DNA of 64,000 nucleotides from Bdellovibrionota bacterium. GTDB taxonomy: Bacteria > Bdellovibrionota_G > JALEGL01 > DATDPG01. The stretch spans positions 1,504,001 through 1,568,000 of the forward strand of contig OY764265.1 of NCBI GenBank assembly GCA_963668355.1, written 5' to 3'. Below the pieces are notes generated by a model that searched no databases, had not been told where the DNA came from, and saw only the letters and a list, made by a program, of their open reading frames with translations. The position numbers and the translations under genes are program-made. Positions within the stretch are counted from its first letter, which is position 1. Each line of letters opens with the position of its first letter. Below are positions 27,197-36,468 of the stretch, one piece after another.

Positions 27197-27375
27197 CCCC
27201 TCCACTTTCGCCGCGAGGCTATGTGTTTTGACCCCCAAGTATAAGGGGGGCTTCGTTGTTGCCGCTTCTGGGATCCTGATCGCGCCAGGCTCAACACTCC
27301 ACGGCAAGGGACGACTCCCATTCTAATCGTATCAGGTTAAAACATCATGGCCCGACACGTACGAAGTAGAGGGTC
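27197..27375 (-). ncRNA. ssrS: 6S RNA
   Basis: About 179-nt rod: CCCTCTACTT/AAGTGGAGGG closing stem, TGTTTTAACC/GGTCAAAACA stem flanking central bubble; own promoter and terminator. Confidence 0.85.
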
Positions 27376-27380
27376 TTTCT

Positions 27381-27408
27381 ATTGTATGCATGAAAGCTCT
27401 TCAGTCAA
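27381..27408 (-). promoter_or_regulatory. sigma70 promoter of 6S RNA
   Basis: TTGACT-N16-TACAAT. Confidence 0.75.
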
Positions 27409-27437
27409 TGGTAGAAAAACGACACGAAGTTGGGGAG

Positions 27438-28244
27438 TTACCCACCTAAATTTTTGAACTCCAGAGGAATGGGGGAAAAACACAAGATCATGAGGAGGTA
27501 GGTAAAGAGTCCCAATTGAAACCGACGGTGATCCAATGGGGTTTGGTCGTCCATGGGAGAAGGATGCTTTCGGGCTAAAAAGAACACGAGGAGTGAAAAG
27601 AGCAGCCACATTTTGTGAAACAAAAAGCCCATGATCAGGAGAATGAAAATCATCAGCCAAGAAAGCAACCGAGCTTTTCGAGGTCCGAACATTGCGTACA
27701 CCATATGTCCTCCATCCAATTGACCTGCGGGGATCAGGTTGATGGACGTGACCAAGAGTGATGCCCATCCGGCGAATGCCAAGGGGTGAAGAAAGACAGA
27801 CATGTTTTCAGGTATGGGTCCTTTCACAATCCAAACGATGGCTTGAAAGAGAAGGGGCTCGCCTAAAAGAATTTGGGGGCCGTTCGTGGGTGTTGGAATC
27901 ACATCGGAAAACAGGAGGCCCAAAAAAATCGCCGGAATGCCGAAAAAGAGTCCCACCAGAGGGCCTGCCACGCCGATATCAAACAAACCTTTTCGATGAG
28001 GAATCTGTCCCTTGATGGCAATCACAGCTCCGAGGGTTCCGAGGATGTTGAGCATGGGGATAAAGATGGGAAATGTTGCAGGGACGGCGTATCTGCGACA
28101 CGCAAAGAAATGTCCAAGCTCATGGGCTAAAAGAATGGTCATGATGGCGACTGCATACACGGGGCCTTGAAAAAGAGTGGCGGTAAAGAACGTAAGAACG
28201 AAAAGGCCACTATGAAGAAGCCATTTTTTGATTGCGGGACTCAT
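27438..28244 (-). CDS. Site-2 protease (M50) family protein
   Basis: HELGH and NLIPAGQLDGGH motifs. Confidence 0.9.
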   Translation of the reverse strand: MSPAIKKWLLHSGLFVLTFFTATLFQGPVYAVAIMTILLAHELGHFFACRRYAVPATFPIFIPMLNILGTLGAVIAIKGQIPHRKGLFDIGVAGPLVGLFFGIPAIFLGLLFSDVIPTPTNGPQILLGEPLLFQAIVWIVKGPIPENMSVFLHPLAFAGWASLLVTSINLIPAGQLDGGHMVYAMFGPRKARLLSWLMIFILLIMGFLFHKMWLLFSLLVFFLARKHPSPMDDQTPLDHRRFQLGLFTYLLMILCFSPIPLEFKNLGG

Positions 28245-28249
28245 TCAAC

Positions 28250-29095
28250 CTAGGGTTCCAGAAGAATATTGTCGATGAGTCGTGTGGTTCCGAAAAAACC
28301 CGCCATTGCCATGACGGATTTTTCATTCACCTGTTCAATGGGGGCGAAATCTTTCCAAGCTCGAATTTCCAGGTATTGAAGTTCAAAAAGTTTAGCCGCT
28401 TTTAAATGTTCTAAGACCGTTTTTTGGATTTCGGCAGATTGATATTCTCCTTGTCTGAAGAGGCGGGCTCCCTTCGAAAGCGCAGAGAAGATGTGAGGAG
28501 CTTCTTCTCGCTCTTCCGGTGTCAAATACGTGTTTCGTGAACTCATGGCGAGCCCATCGTTCTCTCGTATGGTTGGACATCCAACGATGGAAAGGGGAAG
28601 GTTGAGGTCTTCCACCATTTTTTCCAAGACCCGCAATTGTTGTGCATCTTTTTGTCCGAAATAAGCGCGATCGGGTTGAATTGCATTGAATAGTTTTAAA
28701 ACCACCGTACACACACCTCGAAAATGACCGGGCCGACGAGCTCCACACAAGCCTTGGGATATTTCGGTTTCTTCTACATATGTGCTGAATCCTGGGGTGT
28801 ACATTTCTTCAGTGGAGGGAAAGAAAAGAAGGTCCACGCCAGATTTTTCGGCCAGTAGGGAGTCTTGGGTTAAATTTCGAGGATAGGCCGAAAAATCTTC
28901 CTTGGGTCCGAATTGCGTCGGATTTACGAAGATGCTCATGACGGAAATGTCATTTTCCTTGGCTGCCTGATGGGCCAAAGCCAAATGCCCTTCATGTAGG
29001 GCCCCCATGGTAGGGGTAAATCCAATCGTCTTTCCCAAAGACCGAAACCGGTCGAGCGTTTTTCTCGTTTCAGCGATGGTTTGGGTGACGATCAT
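28250..29095 (-). CDS. panC: Pantoate-beta-alanine ligase
   Basis: PTMGALHEGH, SIFVNPTQF, FGQKDAQQ, GLAMSSRN, RLIDN. Confidence 0.96.
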   Translation of the reverse strand: MIVTQTIAETRKTLDRFRSLGKTIGFTPTMGALHEGHLALAHQAAKENDISVMSIFVNPTQFGPKEDFSAYPRNLTQDSLLAEKSGVDLLFFPSTEEMYTPGFSTYVEETEISQGLCGARRPGHFRGVCTVVLKLFNAIQPDRAYFGQKDAQQLRVLEKMVEDLNLPLSIVGCPTIRENDGLAMSSRNTYLTPEEREEAPHIFSALSKGARLFRQGEYQSAEIQKTVLEHLKAAKLFELQYLEIRAWKDFAPIEQVNEKSVMAMAGFFGTTRLIDNILLEP

Positions 29096-30267
29096 TTCTG
29101 GATTTTTTCAATTTCGTTCCAAAGATGTTTGGCGACTTCGGGTTTTGGAATGTTTGAGTGCTCAGCCTTTACGCCCGTTCGATCCAAAAAGACCACCGAT
29201 GTTTCGTTCTTAACGAAGCCTCGGGTTTCTTTTGAGACATAGTTGCCAACCAAAAAATCCAGACTCTTGGATTCCAGTTTGAGTTTGGCATTTGGAATGA
29301 GATTTTCCGTTTCTGCCGCGAAACCGACCACAACCATTTCAGGAGTTTTGTGTTTCGTGACGGAAGAAAGAATATCGACGTTTTTTTTCAGTTCGAGCTG
29401 GATCGTTTCGTGAGTTTTTTTGATCTTCTGGTCTTGGGCGACGGTTGGAGCATAATCCGATACGGCGGCGGTTCCGATGAAGTAGTCAGCAGGTAAAAGG
29501 GATTGAACGCACTCCAGCATTTCAACCGCGGACGTAACGGCATAGTTTTGCGTGTTTTGGGGGAGGGGCTCTGAGGTAGGCCCATGAACCAGATGCACCT
29601 CAGCGCCGCGATGGGCTGCTTCTTGGGCGATGGAAATGCCCATTTTTCCCGTGGAGGGATTGGAAAGGAAACGAACTGGATCCAAATATTCACGCGTGGC
29701 TCCAGTCGTGATGAGGACGCGTTTTCCTTGAAGACTTTGGGTTTGTTCGAGAACTTCCGAAACGATTTGAGTTGGGTCAGCCATTTTGCCCGGCCCAATT
29801 TCACCACAGGCCAATTCACCTTCCGCGGGCCAAACAATCTTTGTTCCTCGATCTTGCAATGACCGAAGATTGGTTTGCACCGTTGTGTGTTTCCACATTT
29901 GACTGTTCATGGCCGGAGCCAGGGTCACCCTTCCTTGAAAAGCCAAATAGACGGTCGAGACAACATCTGTGGCCGCTCCCGTGGCAAAGTTCGAAATTGT
30001 GTTTGCGGTCGCTGGGGCAATCACGAGTTCGTTGGCCCAACGGGCCAAGTCGATATGGGAAGTGCCGAAAGCATCGTCAGAAAAAAGATCGGTTGCGACA
30101 GGTTGTCGTGTTAAAGCCTCAAAGGAGAGTTTGGTCACAAATTTTTGAGCGGCTGAAGTCATCATGACCCGAACTGAGCAACCGCTTCGTTGAAACTCTC
30201 TGACCAGTTCACATGTTTTATAAGCAGAAATTCCTCCGCAGACGCCAACAAGTACGTTTCGAGACAT
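29092..30267 (-). CDS. coaBC: Phosphopantothenoylcysteine decarboxylase/ligase
   Basis: GGISAYK, APATAN, PAMNSQM, DPVRFLSNPSTGKMG, GFAAET. Confidence 0.95.
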   Translation of the reverse strand: MSRNVLVGVCGGISAYKTCELVREFQRSGCSVRVMMTSAAQKFVTKLSFEALTRQPVATDLFSDDAFGTSHIDLARWANELVIAPATANTISNFATGAATDVVSTVYLAFQGRVTLAPAMNSQMWKHTTVQTNLRSLQDRGTKIVWPAEGELACGEIGPGKMADPTQIVSEVLEQTQSLQGKRVLITTGATREYLDPVRFLSNPSTGKMGISIAQEAAHRGAEVHLVHGPTSEPLPQNTQNYAVTSAVEMLECVQSLLPADYFIGTAAVSDYAPTVAQDQKIKKTHETIQLELKKNVDILSSVTKHKTPEMVVVGFAAETENLIPNAKLKLESKSLDFLVGNYVSKETRGFVKNETSVVFLDRTGVKAEHSNIPKPEVAKHLWNEIEKIQK

Positions 30268-30271
30268 TTCC

Positions 30272-31033
30272 TTATTTCTCCCTTTGGTTGCGATAAATTG
30301 AATGCAATCCATCCAACGCAAGTGTGGGTTCATTTTGAAGGTTCACGGATAAATGAGGCAGAATCAAACTCAAGGCCCCCCCCGTTCCAACATATTTTAA
30401 TTGGGGTTCCTTTAGTTCGTTTTTCATACGCGTCATGAGGCCCTCGACCATCAGAGCGTGTCCCAGGTATTCACCACTTGCGATCGCTGCATCTGTGGAG
30501 TTCCCGATAGCAACATCTGGTGTGCCGAGGAGTTTGGGCACAAGAAGGGCGGCAGAGGAGTAGAGCGCATTGAGTGAAACGCCAATTCCGGCTGAAATGG
30601 AACCTCCTCGAAAGACGCCTTGGGAGTCAATGGCGGCCAAGGTCGTAGCTGTTCCCATGCCGAGAACAATGAGTGGCGCACCGTACTTGGTGATGGCTCC
30701 TTCCATTTCCGCGATTCGGTCGGCGCCCAATTCTTGAGGGTTCGACAAAGCAATTTTAAACGAGAGAGGGGATCGATGGTCGATCACGTACAGTTCTGTT
30801 TCTTCCGACAATCGTTTGATTTCTTCCGTTGCCGTTGGAACTACGGAAGCCAACAAAATGGGTCCAGCTTTTTTGAGGGAAGTCCCTTCGGTGGCGAGAA
30901 AGGCTTCAAAGGTTTCTTTATATTCCTTGGTGGAATATTTGGGGAACGTGCCGATACGCCAATGTCGAATTCTTCGATTGGATTCATAAAGGCCTATGGC
31001 CACTTTCGTATTTCCGACGTCGATGGCGATCAA
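30272..31033 (-). CDS. coaX: Type III pantothenate kinase
   Basis: IDVGNT, SVVP, LGADR, GTATT, GGSI, TGG motifs. Confidence 0.9.
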   Translation of the reverse strand: MIAIDVGNTKVAIGLYESNRRIRHWRIGTFPKYSTKEYKETFEAFLATEGTSLKKAGPILLASVVPTATEEIKRLSEETELYVIDHRSPLSFKIALSNPQELGADRIAEMEGAITKYGAPLIVLGMGTATTLAAIDSQGVFRGGSISAGIGVSLNALYSSAALLVPKLLGTPDVAIGNSTDAAIASGEYLGHALMVEGLMTRMKNELKEPQLKYVGTGGALSLILPHLSVNLQNEPTLALDGLHSIYRNQREK

Positions 31034-31806
31034 ACGGATGTCTCCTGCGTTCGTTCAATAAATTTTTTGGTGGAGTCCGTGATGATTTCTCGAATATTGG
31101 CCAGAGGTTTTGCAAAATTCGGAATTTTGGAGACGCTCAAGCCAATGAGGTCATGAAGCACTAGGATTTGCCCATCGCATTGGTCTCCGGATCCAATTCC
31201 GATGGTTGGGATGGATAGCTCTTGCGTGATGGTTGCAGCCAGAGACGGGGTGATGCATTCCAGAACCACGGAGAAGGCTCCAGATTTTTGAACTGCCAAA
31301 GCGTCGTTCATTAATCTTTCGGCGTCCTTTTCTCCTTTTCCCTGAATCCGATATCCTCCCAGAGCATTCACAGACTGAGGCGTTAAGCCGATATGTCCCA
31401 TGACCGGAATTCCGCAATCCACCAAGCGCGAAATGGTTTCAGCCTGGGAGATGCCCCCTTCAAGTTTAACGGCTTGGGCTCCAGCTTGACTCAGAAAGCG
31501 GGCGGCATTTTTGACGGCCGTTTTGATGGAAGGTTGATACGAACCAAAGGGCATGTCTCCGACCACCAGAGCACGTCGACTTCCTTTGGAAACGGCGCAC
31601 GTGTGCGCCAACATCATGTCCATGGTAACCGGCAGAGTATCCTCAAATCCGTAGACCATGTTTCCCGCTGAATCTCCCGCGAGGATGATGTCAATGCCCG
31701 CATCGTCGATCATTCGAGCCGTATGAAAATCGTAGGTGGCCAACGCCGAAATTTTCTTTTGATGTCTAAAATCCAGAATGTCCCGAATGGTTAATCGTTC
31801 CGTCAC
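31030..31806 (-). CDS. panB: Ketopantoate hydroxymethyltransferase
   Basis: GDSAG, DMPFGSY, VKLEGG, HIGLTPQ, CDGQILVLHD. Confidence 0.96.
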   Translation of the reverse strand: MTERLTIRDILDFRHQKKISALATYDFHTARMIDDAGIDIILAGDSAGNMVYGFEDTLPVTMDMMLAHTCAVSKGSRRALVVGDMPFGSYQPSIKTAVKNAARFLSQAGAQAVKLEGGISQAETISRLVDCGIPVMGHIGLTPQSVNALGGYRIQGKGEKDAERLMNDALAVQKSGAFSVVLECITPSLAATITQELSIPTIGIGSGDQCDGQILVLHDLIGLSVSKIPNFAKPLANIREIITDSTKKFIERTQETSV

Positions 31807-31816
31807 GTTGATCTCC

Positions 31817-32755
31817 TTACGACTTTTTGAAGAGTTTTTCTCTCACATTTGAGCCCGTGGTTTCGATGAGGCTTTTTTTCCATCGATCCATTTCTCGTTT
31901 TGTATCTGAGAAGGAATGTTTAGCCTCTCGTTTCATTTGATTGGAAAAGTCTTGATTGCGGATGGCTTGAAAAATTTTGTGTAGCGTTTTTTTGAGTTCG
32001 GGAGTTCGAAATGATTGGGCTCCTTGAATGCCTCCATATCGCGCCGTGGGACTCGTCATTTGAAGCATTCCATGAATTCCACGCTTTTGAATGAGGTCCG
32101 CAATGAAAGCCAATTCGTGGACACACTCTAAGTAAGCCACCTCAGGGCGAATTCCCTCGTTCGTGAGGGTTTGAAATGTTTCGGCAATCAGGGCCGGGAG
32201 CCCTCCACAAAGCAAGGCTTGCTCGGAGAAAAGGTCAGACTCCACTTCCTCCGCTGCAGTGGCTTCGTACGTCCCCACTCTGTCACAACCAAGTCCTTGA
32301 GCAACTTTCTTGGCTGTTTTCCACGCGTGTCCGGAAACATCTTGAGTCACAGCCAACACGGCCGGGACACCACTGTTTTGCACATATTTTTCTCGAACAG
32401 CTGCCCCAATTCCTTTTGGCGCGACGAGAATGAGGTCAAGGCTCTTGGGCCAAGGAGCGGTTTTGAAATGGAGCGTATAACCATGTGCAAAGACCAGACT
32501 TTGGTGGGGCACTAGATACGTTTCATTCTGTTTCAAAAAAACCGGCATGGCATCGTCTGGGATGAGCAAGGCCAGTGTGTTGAAACGTCCAAGTTCGTTG
32601 AGGGGAGCCACAGGAAAACCATCGTCAATGGCGTTTTGTTTTTGTGTGCTCTCCGAACGGGCCAGAATGGTGACGCACCACCCCTCATCACGCAGATTGG
32701 CCGCCCAAGATTTCCCCTGGTTGCCATATCCGACTATGCCGATGGTATGCGTCAT
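31817..32755 (-). CDS. ilvC: Ketol-acid reductoisomerase family protein
   Basis: GYGNQG, LLIPD, FAHG, VAPKG, DLFSEQALLCGG, AYLECVHE. Confidence 0.88.
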   Translation of the reverse strand: MTHTIGIVGYGNQGKSWAANLRDEGWCVTILARSESTQKQNAIDDGFPVAPLNELGRFNTLALLIPDDAMPVFLKQNETYLVPHQSLVFAHGYTLHFKTAPWPKSLDLILVAPKGIGAAVREKYVQNSGVPAVLAVTQDVSGHAWKTAKKVAQGLGCDRVGTYEATAAEEVESDLFSEQALLCGGLPALIAETFQTLTNEGIRPEVAYLECVHELAFIADLIQKRGIHGMLQMTSPTARYGGIQGAQSFRTPELKKTLHKIFQAIRNQDFSNQMKREAKHSFSDTKREMDRWKKSLIETTGSNVREKLFKKS

Positions 32756-32827
32756 GACGCGGTTTTGGCCTCATATCAGACGGATATTCGAGGTTCAAGG
32801 CGAGTTCGATATGTTAAAATTGACCGC

Positions 32828-33250
32828 GTGACCGGACTTTTGGCCATCGTCATCGGGGTCTTATTTATAGGTGTGATCGTGGTGTTGTTCATGCGAGAAG
32901 TGAGCCTCTATCGCAAAGATCAGAGAGATCCCACGGAGATCGTTCGATACTCCAGAAAGCGTCTATATTTTCGAATGGGGATCTCTTCCTGTTTGGCTTT
33001 TGAGGTTTTTCTTCTTTTTCTCCTTCCTTCCATTTTGCGGAGGTTTGGCTCTCACATTCTGAAAGGGAGTGCGTCGGGTTGGTTTGTGGTCTATGTCAGC
33101 ATGGTGCTTGCTCTTGCCATGGGTTTGGCGGTTTTGGCCTTTCTGGATTTGAAGGAATCCACCGCCCAACTCAAAAAAGGGGAGAGGCAGCTCTTGAGCG
33201 AACTCATTCAAGAGGTGAAACGGGGAAAAGAGCCCCCCGAGCTGCATTGA
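32828..33250 (+). CDS. Hypothetical membrane protein (3 TM)
   Basis: Hydrophobic helices; GTG start inferred just after TGnTAAAAT extended -10. Confidence 0.6.
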   Translation: MTGLLAIVIGVLFIGVIVVLFMREVSLYRKDQRDPTEIVRYSRKRLYFRMGISSCLAFEVFLLFLLPSILRRFGSHILKGSASGWFVVYVSMVLALAMGLAVLAFLDLKESTAQLKKGERQLLSELIQEVKRGKEPPELH

Positions 33251-33341
33251 CGGAGTTTTTTCCCGGCCCCAAGGGGGGGTAGGCTGGGAGGGACGTTTTT
33301 GGCATTATTGCTGCAGTATTTTAATATAGACGGATAGAAAA

Positions 33342-34001
33342 ATGCTAAGTGCCCGATATTACATAATTTTGATTGCCTTTTTCGTGCTCTCTGCGACGGC
33401 AAATGCGCAGTCTGAATTTGTTGTTCCGCCGGAAGGAGCGGTTTCTCCCATGGAGAACCAGGCGACCACGCCGCGCGCTTGGGGCACGCCTGCGCCTCCT
33501 CCCGGATTTGCCCCCATTCCCTCAACGCCTCCCAGCCAGGCAGCTCCCAACGGCGATAGTCCATCGCCGAACTATGACGATTCCTACTTTGTTCCGGTGC
33601 AGCCCTCTCGGGGATTTGATCAATTTCGAGACGAAGAGGATCCTTATACGGGATTCGGACGATCGTATTCTCGGAAGCCGAGAGAAGTGAAAGATAGTTT
33701 TAAATTTGTCGAACCCGCTCAAACGGCTGAAAAAAAATGTTCCAAATGGCGAAACGAACTGAATGGACCAAAGACCTTTTCGTCCAAGAATCGATGTCAG
33801 TTTGAGTTGGAAAGACAGGTGGACAATGGAATGGCGGAGATTGCCTCTGTGGTGGACCAGATTGAGCTTTTCAAACTCAAGAAAGTGATTCGTGGCGAGA
33901 TATCCAGTCGAGAAGAAGCCAAGAAATACTCCATTGGCTTTGATTCTCTGGCCAATAGTTTGAAAAGTGCAGCCAAAAAAGGCTGTACTTGCGCGGATTA
34001 A
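33342..34001 (+). CDS. Hypothetical secreted protein with Pro-rich linker and Cys-containing C-terminal domain
   Basis: Signal peptide ending ANA; 219-aa ORF. Confidence 0.7.
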   Translation: MLSARYYIILIAFFVLSATANAQSEFVVPPEGAVSPMENQATTPRAWGTPAPPPGFAPIPSTPPSQAAPNGDSPSPNYDDSYFVPVQPSRGFDQFRDEEDPYTGFGRSYSRKPREVKDSFKFVEPAQTAEKKCSKWRNELNGPKTFSSKNRCQFELERQVDNGMAEIASVVDQIELFKLKKVIRGEISSREEAKKYSIGFDSLANSLKSAAKKGCTCAD

Positions 34002-34110
34002 CCCCGACCTTCAAAGCCTCACTTTTCTCTTCCCATTCTTTCAACTCTTCGCGCTTTCCTTTATAACGAGTAGATCATTGCCACGAAGATCATGAGGAAC
34101 CGGAGGAATC

Positions 34111-34665
34111 ATGGCGCTAAAATCAGATAAATGGATACGAGAGATGGCTGAAAAACACCAACTCATTGAACCCTTTGCGGATCAACGGGTTCGCAAAGGC
34201 GTCATTTCATACGGATTATCCAGCTATGGATACGATATGCGCTTGGCAGATGAGTTTAAAGTGTTGAACCGGGCCTCGAACAAGATGATCGATCCGAAAA
34301 ACTTCGATGAAGAATGTTTTGAGGTGGTTTGGGGAAAGGAATGCGTTATTCCTCCCAATTCTATGGTTTTGGCTCGCAGTTTGGAGCGATTTAAAATTCC
34401 TCGGGACATCCTGGCCGTTTGTTTTGGTAAATCGACGTATGCACGATGTGGCGTGATTGTGAATGTCACTCCGTTTGAACCTGAATGGGAAGGGTATGTG
34501 ACGATGGAAATTTCCAACACGTCCATTCTGCCGGCCAAAATTTATGCTGAAGAGGGGATTGCGCAGGTCTTGTTTTTTAAAGCCGATGAACCCTGTGAAA
34601 CCTCATACGCGGATAAAAAGGGAAAGTATCAAGATCAGAAGGCGATCACAGGGGCACGGGTTTAA
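34111..34665 (+). CDS. dcd: dCTP deaminase
   Basis: [30 protein letters not shown]. Confidence 0.96.
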   Translation: MALKSDKWIREMAEKHQLIEPFADQRVRKGVISYGLSSYGYDMRLADEFKVLNRASNKMIDPKNFDEECFEVVWGKECVIPPNSMVLARSLERFKIPRDILAVCFGKSTYARCGVIVNVTPFEPEWEGYVTMEISNTSILPAKIYAEEGIAQVLFFKADEPCETSYADKKGKYQDQKAITGARV

Positions 34666-34668
34666 ACC

Positions 34669-34824
34669 ATGGTCGATCTATTAAAAGATGTGTTTTTCAT
34701 GCCTTTGTTTCCACACCTGTATGCGATTCCGCTTTCCGTTATCTTGGGTGTTGCGGTGGGGTATTACATGAGAGGTCGATTGGAAATGACACCGGAAATC
34801 AAGCCTAAGCGACCGGAAGTGTGA
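34669..34824 (+). CDS. Small 51-aa single-TM protein (absent from ORF track)
   Basis: MVDLLKDVFFMPLFPHLYAIPLSVILGVAVGYYMRGR...; fills the gap between dcd stop and rhomboid ATG almost exactly. Confidence 0.7.
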   Translation: MVDLLKDVFFMPLFPHLYAIPLSVILGVAVGYYMRGRLEMTPEIKPKRPEV

Positions 34825-35565
34825 ATGCAAAACCAGGGACAAAGAATCCGTTTAAGTTTTGGGGGTTCATTGACGTCGACTATTCGAACATTACTTTGGA
34901 TCAATGGTCTGACGTTTGTCTTTTATAGTTTGGCCTCTCCTGAAGTTCAGGGACAAGTGTTTGCGCTCTTGGGACTCGTTCCGGGTGCGGTCACAGGAGA
35001 GTGGGCCCTATGGCAACCCATCACCTACTTATTCTTGCATGGGAATTTTTGGCATTTACTCTTCAATATGCTGGGGCTCTGGTGGTTCGGAACCGATCTT
35101 GAGCGTTTTTGGGGAGCCAAGCGATTTTTGCGATTTTATTTCTTTACGGGAGTGGGGGGCGCGTTAGCCGCCATCGCCATGGCTCCAGAGGCTTTTACGA
35201 TCACCGTTGGAGCTTCGGGAGCGATTTTTGGCGTTTTGGTTGGGTATGCCATCCTCTTTCCGAATCGAGAAATTTATCTCTATTTCGTGCTCCCGGTGAA
35301 AGCCAAGTATTTGGTGACCGGATTCTGTTTGATTACCGCGATATCTCTCTTAAGAGGACAGGGAGGGACGGTAAGTCATATTGCCCATTTTGGAGGCATT
35401 GTGTTCGCTCTTCTATGGTTTGGCTATCTGTACAGTGGTTTCAATGTGCGAAGCTATCTCAAAGGCCTCCAAAAAAATCGTAGACGTCGCAAATTTCGTG
35501 TGGTTCCCCCAAAAAAAGATGATGATGATCCTTTTGGAACTTACGACAATAAAACCATTCATTAA
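34825..35565 (+). CDS. Rhomboid intramembrane serine protease
   Basis: WQPITYLFLH, HLLFNM, GASG, AHFGG. Confidence 0.93.
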   Translation: MQNQGQRIRLSFGGSLTSTIRTLLWINGLTFVFYSLASPEVQGQVFALLGLVPGAVTGEWALWQPITYLFLHGNFWHLLFNMLGLWWFGTDLERFWGAKRFLRFYFFTGVGGALAAIAMAPEAFTITVGASGAIFGVLVGYAILFPNREIYLYFVLPVKAKYLVTGFCLITAISLLRGQGGTVSHIAHFGGIVFALLWFGYLYSGFNVRSYLKGLQKNRRRRKFRVVPPKKDDDDPFGTYDNKTIH

Positions 35566-35568
35566 GTT

Positions 35569-36408
35569 GTGAAAAAACTGCCTCTTTACCTTCGATTCGT
35601 ACTTTGGATGCATCGAATCGTCGGTTCTCTTGGAAAGTTTATGGAAATGGTTCGAGATGAAGTGGCCTGGAGGTTGGTGCCTTTGGAACGTCGCCAAGAA
35701 GTGACCAACCTCTTGTATGAACGAACGATGGATTATTCTCCAGGGGGAGAGATCTTTAACCAAGGGCTTTTTGATTGGGAAACCAAGGGTCTGGACTCAT
35801 TTCTTCCCTCCGGGGGGAACCTATTGATTGGAGGTGCCGGAGGAGGGCGGGAAGTTTCAGCTCTCCTGGAACGCGGGTTTCGCATATGGGCATTTGAACC
35901 TTCCTTTACGTTGTTTGAACGGCTTGAGTCCTTGAAAAAGAAAAAAACGCATCTAAATGTCTGGCGAGAAAGTTATGAAGAGTTGGTTGAGCGTTTTCAA
36001 GAAGACCCCAAGGGATATCGACAGAAACATGAATTGGAAGAAGTGGACGGAATCCTTTTGGGTTGGGGGAGTTTTTCTCATGTTTCCTGCCCAAAAAAAC
36101 GCTTGGAGCTGTTGGTTTGCCTAAAGAACCTCGCACCGAACGCCCCGGTTTTTTTGAGTTTTTTATTGAGAGACTCTGCGTTGACGAGCCGATGGGAATT
36201 TTTTCGACCTTGGGTCCAAACCACCTGTCGGTGGCTTGGAGGGAAAGGCGAAAGGCGGGAGGGAGATGTGTTCTATTCGGGAAGTGGCTTTGTGCATCGG
36301 TTTTCCCGAGAGGAGTTGACCCGACAGGTTGAGGAAGCGGGTTACTCCCTTGGTGTGCTTAAGAAAACGCCCTATCCTCATGCGCTTTTGCTTCCGAAGA
36401 AAATGTAG
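35569..36408 (+). CDS. Class I SAM-dependent methyltransferase-like protein
   Basis: LIGGAGGGRE motif I, AFEPS, GWGSFSH. Confidence 0.7.
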   Translation: MKKLPLYLRFVLWMHRIVGSLGKFMEMVRDEVAWRLVPLERRQEVTNLLYERTMDYSPGGEIFNQGLFDWETKGLDSFLPSGGNLLIGGAGGGREVSALLERGFRIWAFEPSFTLFERLESLKKKKTHLNVWRESYEELVERFQEDPKGYRQKHELEEVDGILLGWGSFSHVSCPKKRLELLVCLKNLAPNAPVFLSFLLRDSALTSRWEFFRPWVQTTCRWLGGKGERREGDVFYSGSGFVHRFSREELTRQVEEAGYSLGVLKKTPYPHALLLPKKM

Positions 36409-36468
36409 CGGTTGGAGATTTTCTAGAAATTTTCATTTGAAAGCTTTTCCGTTATGTTCCGGCTTTCG

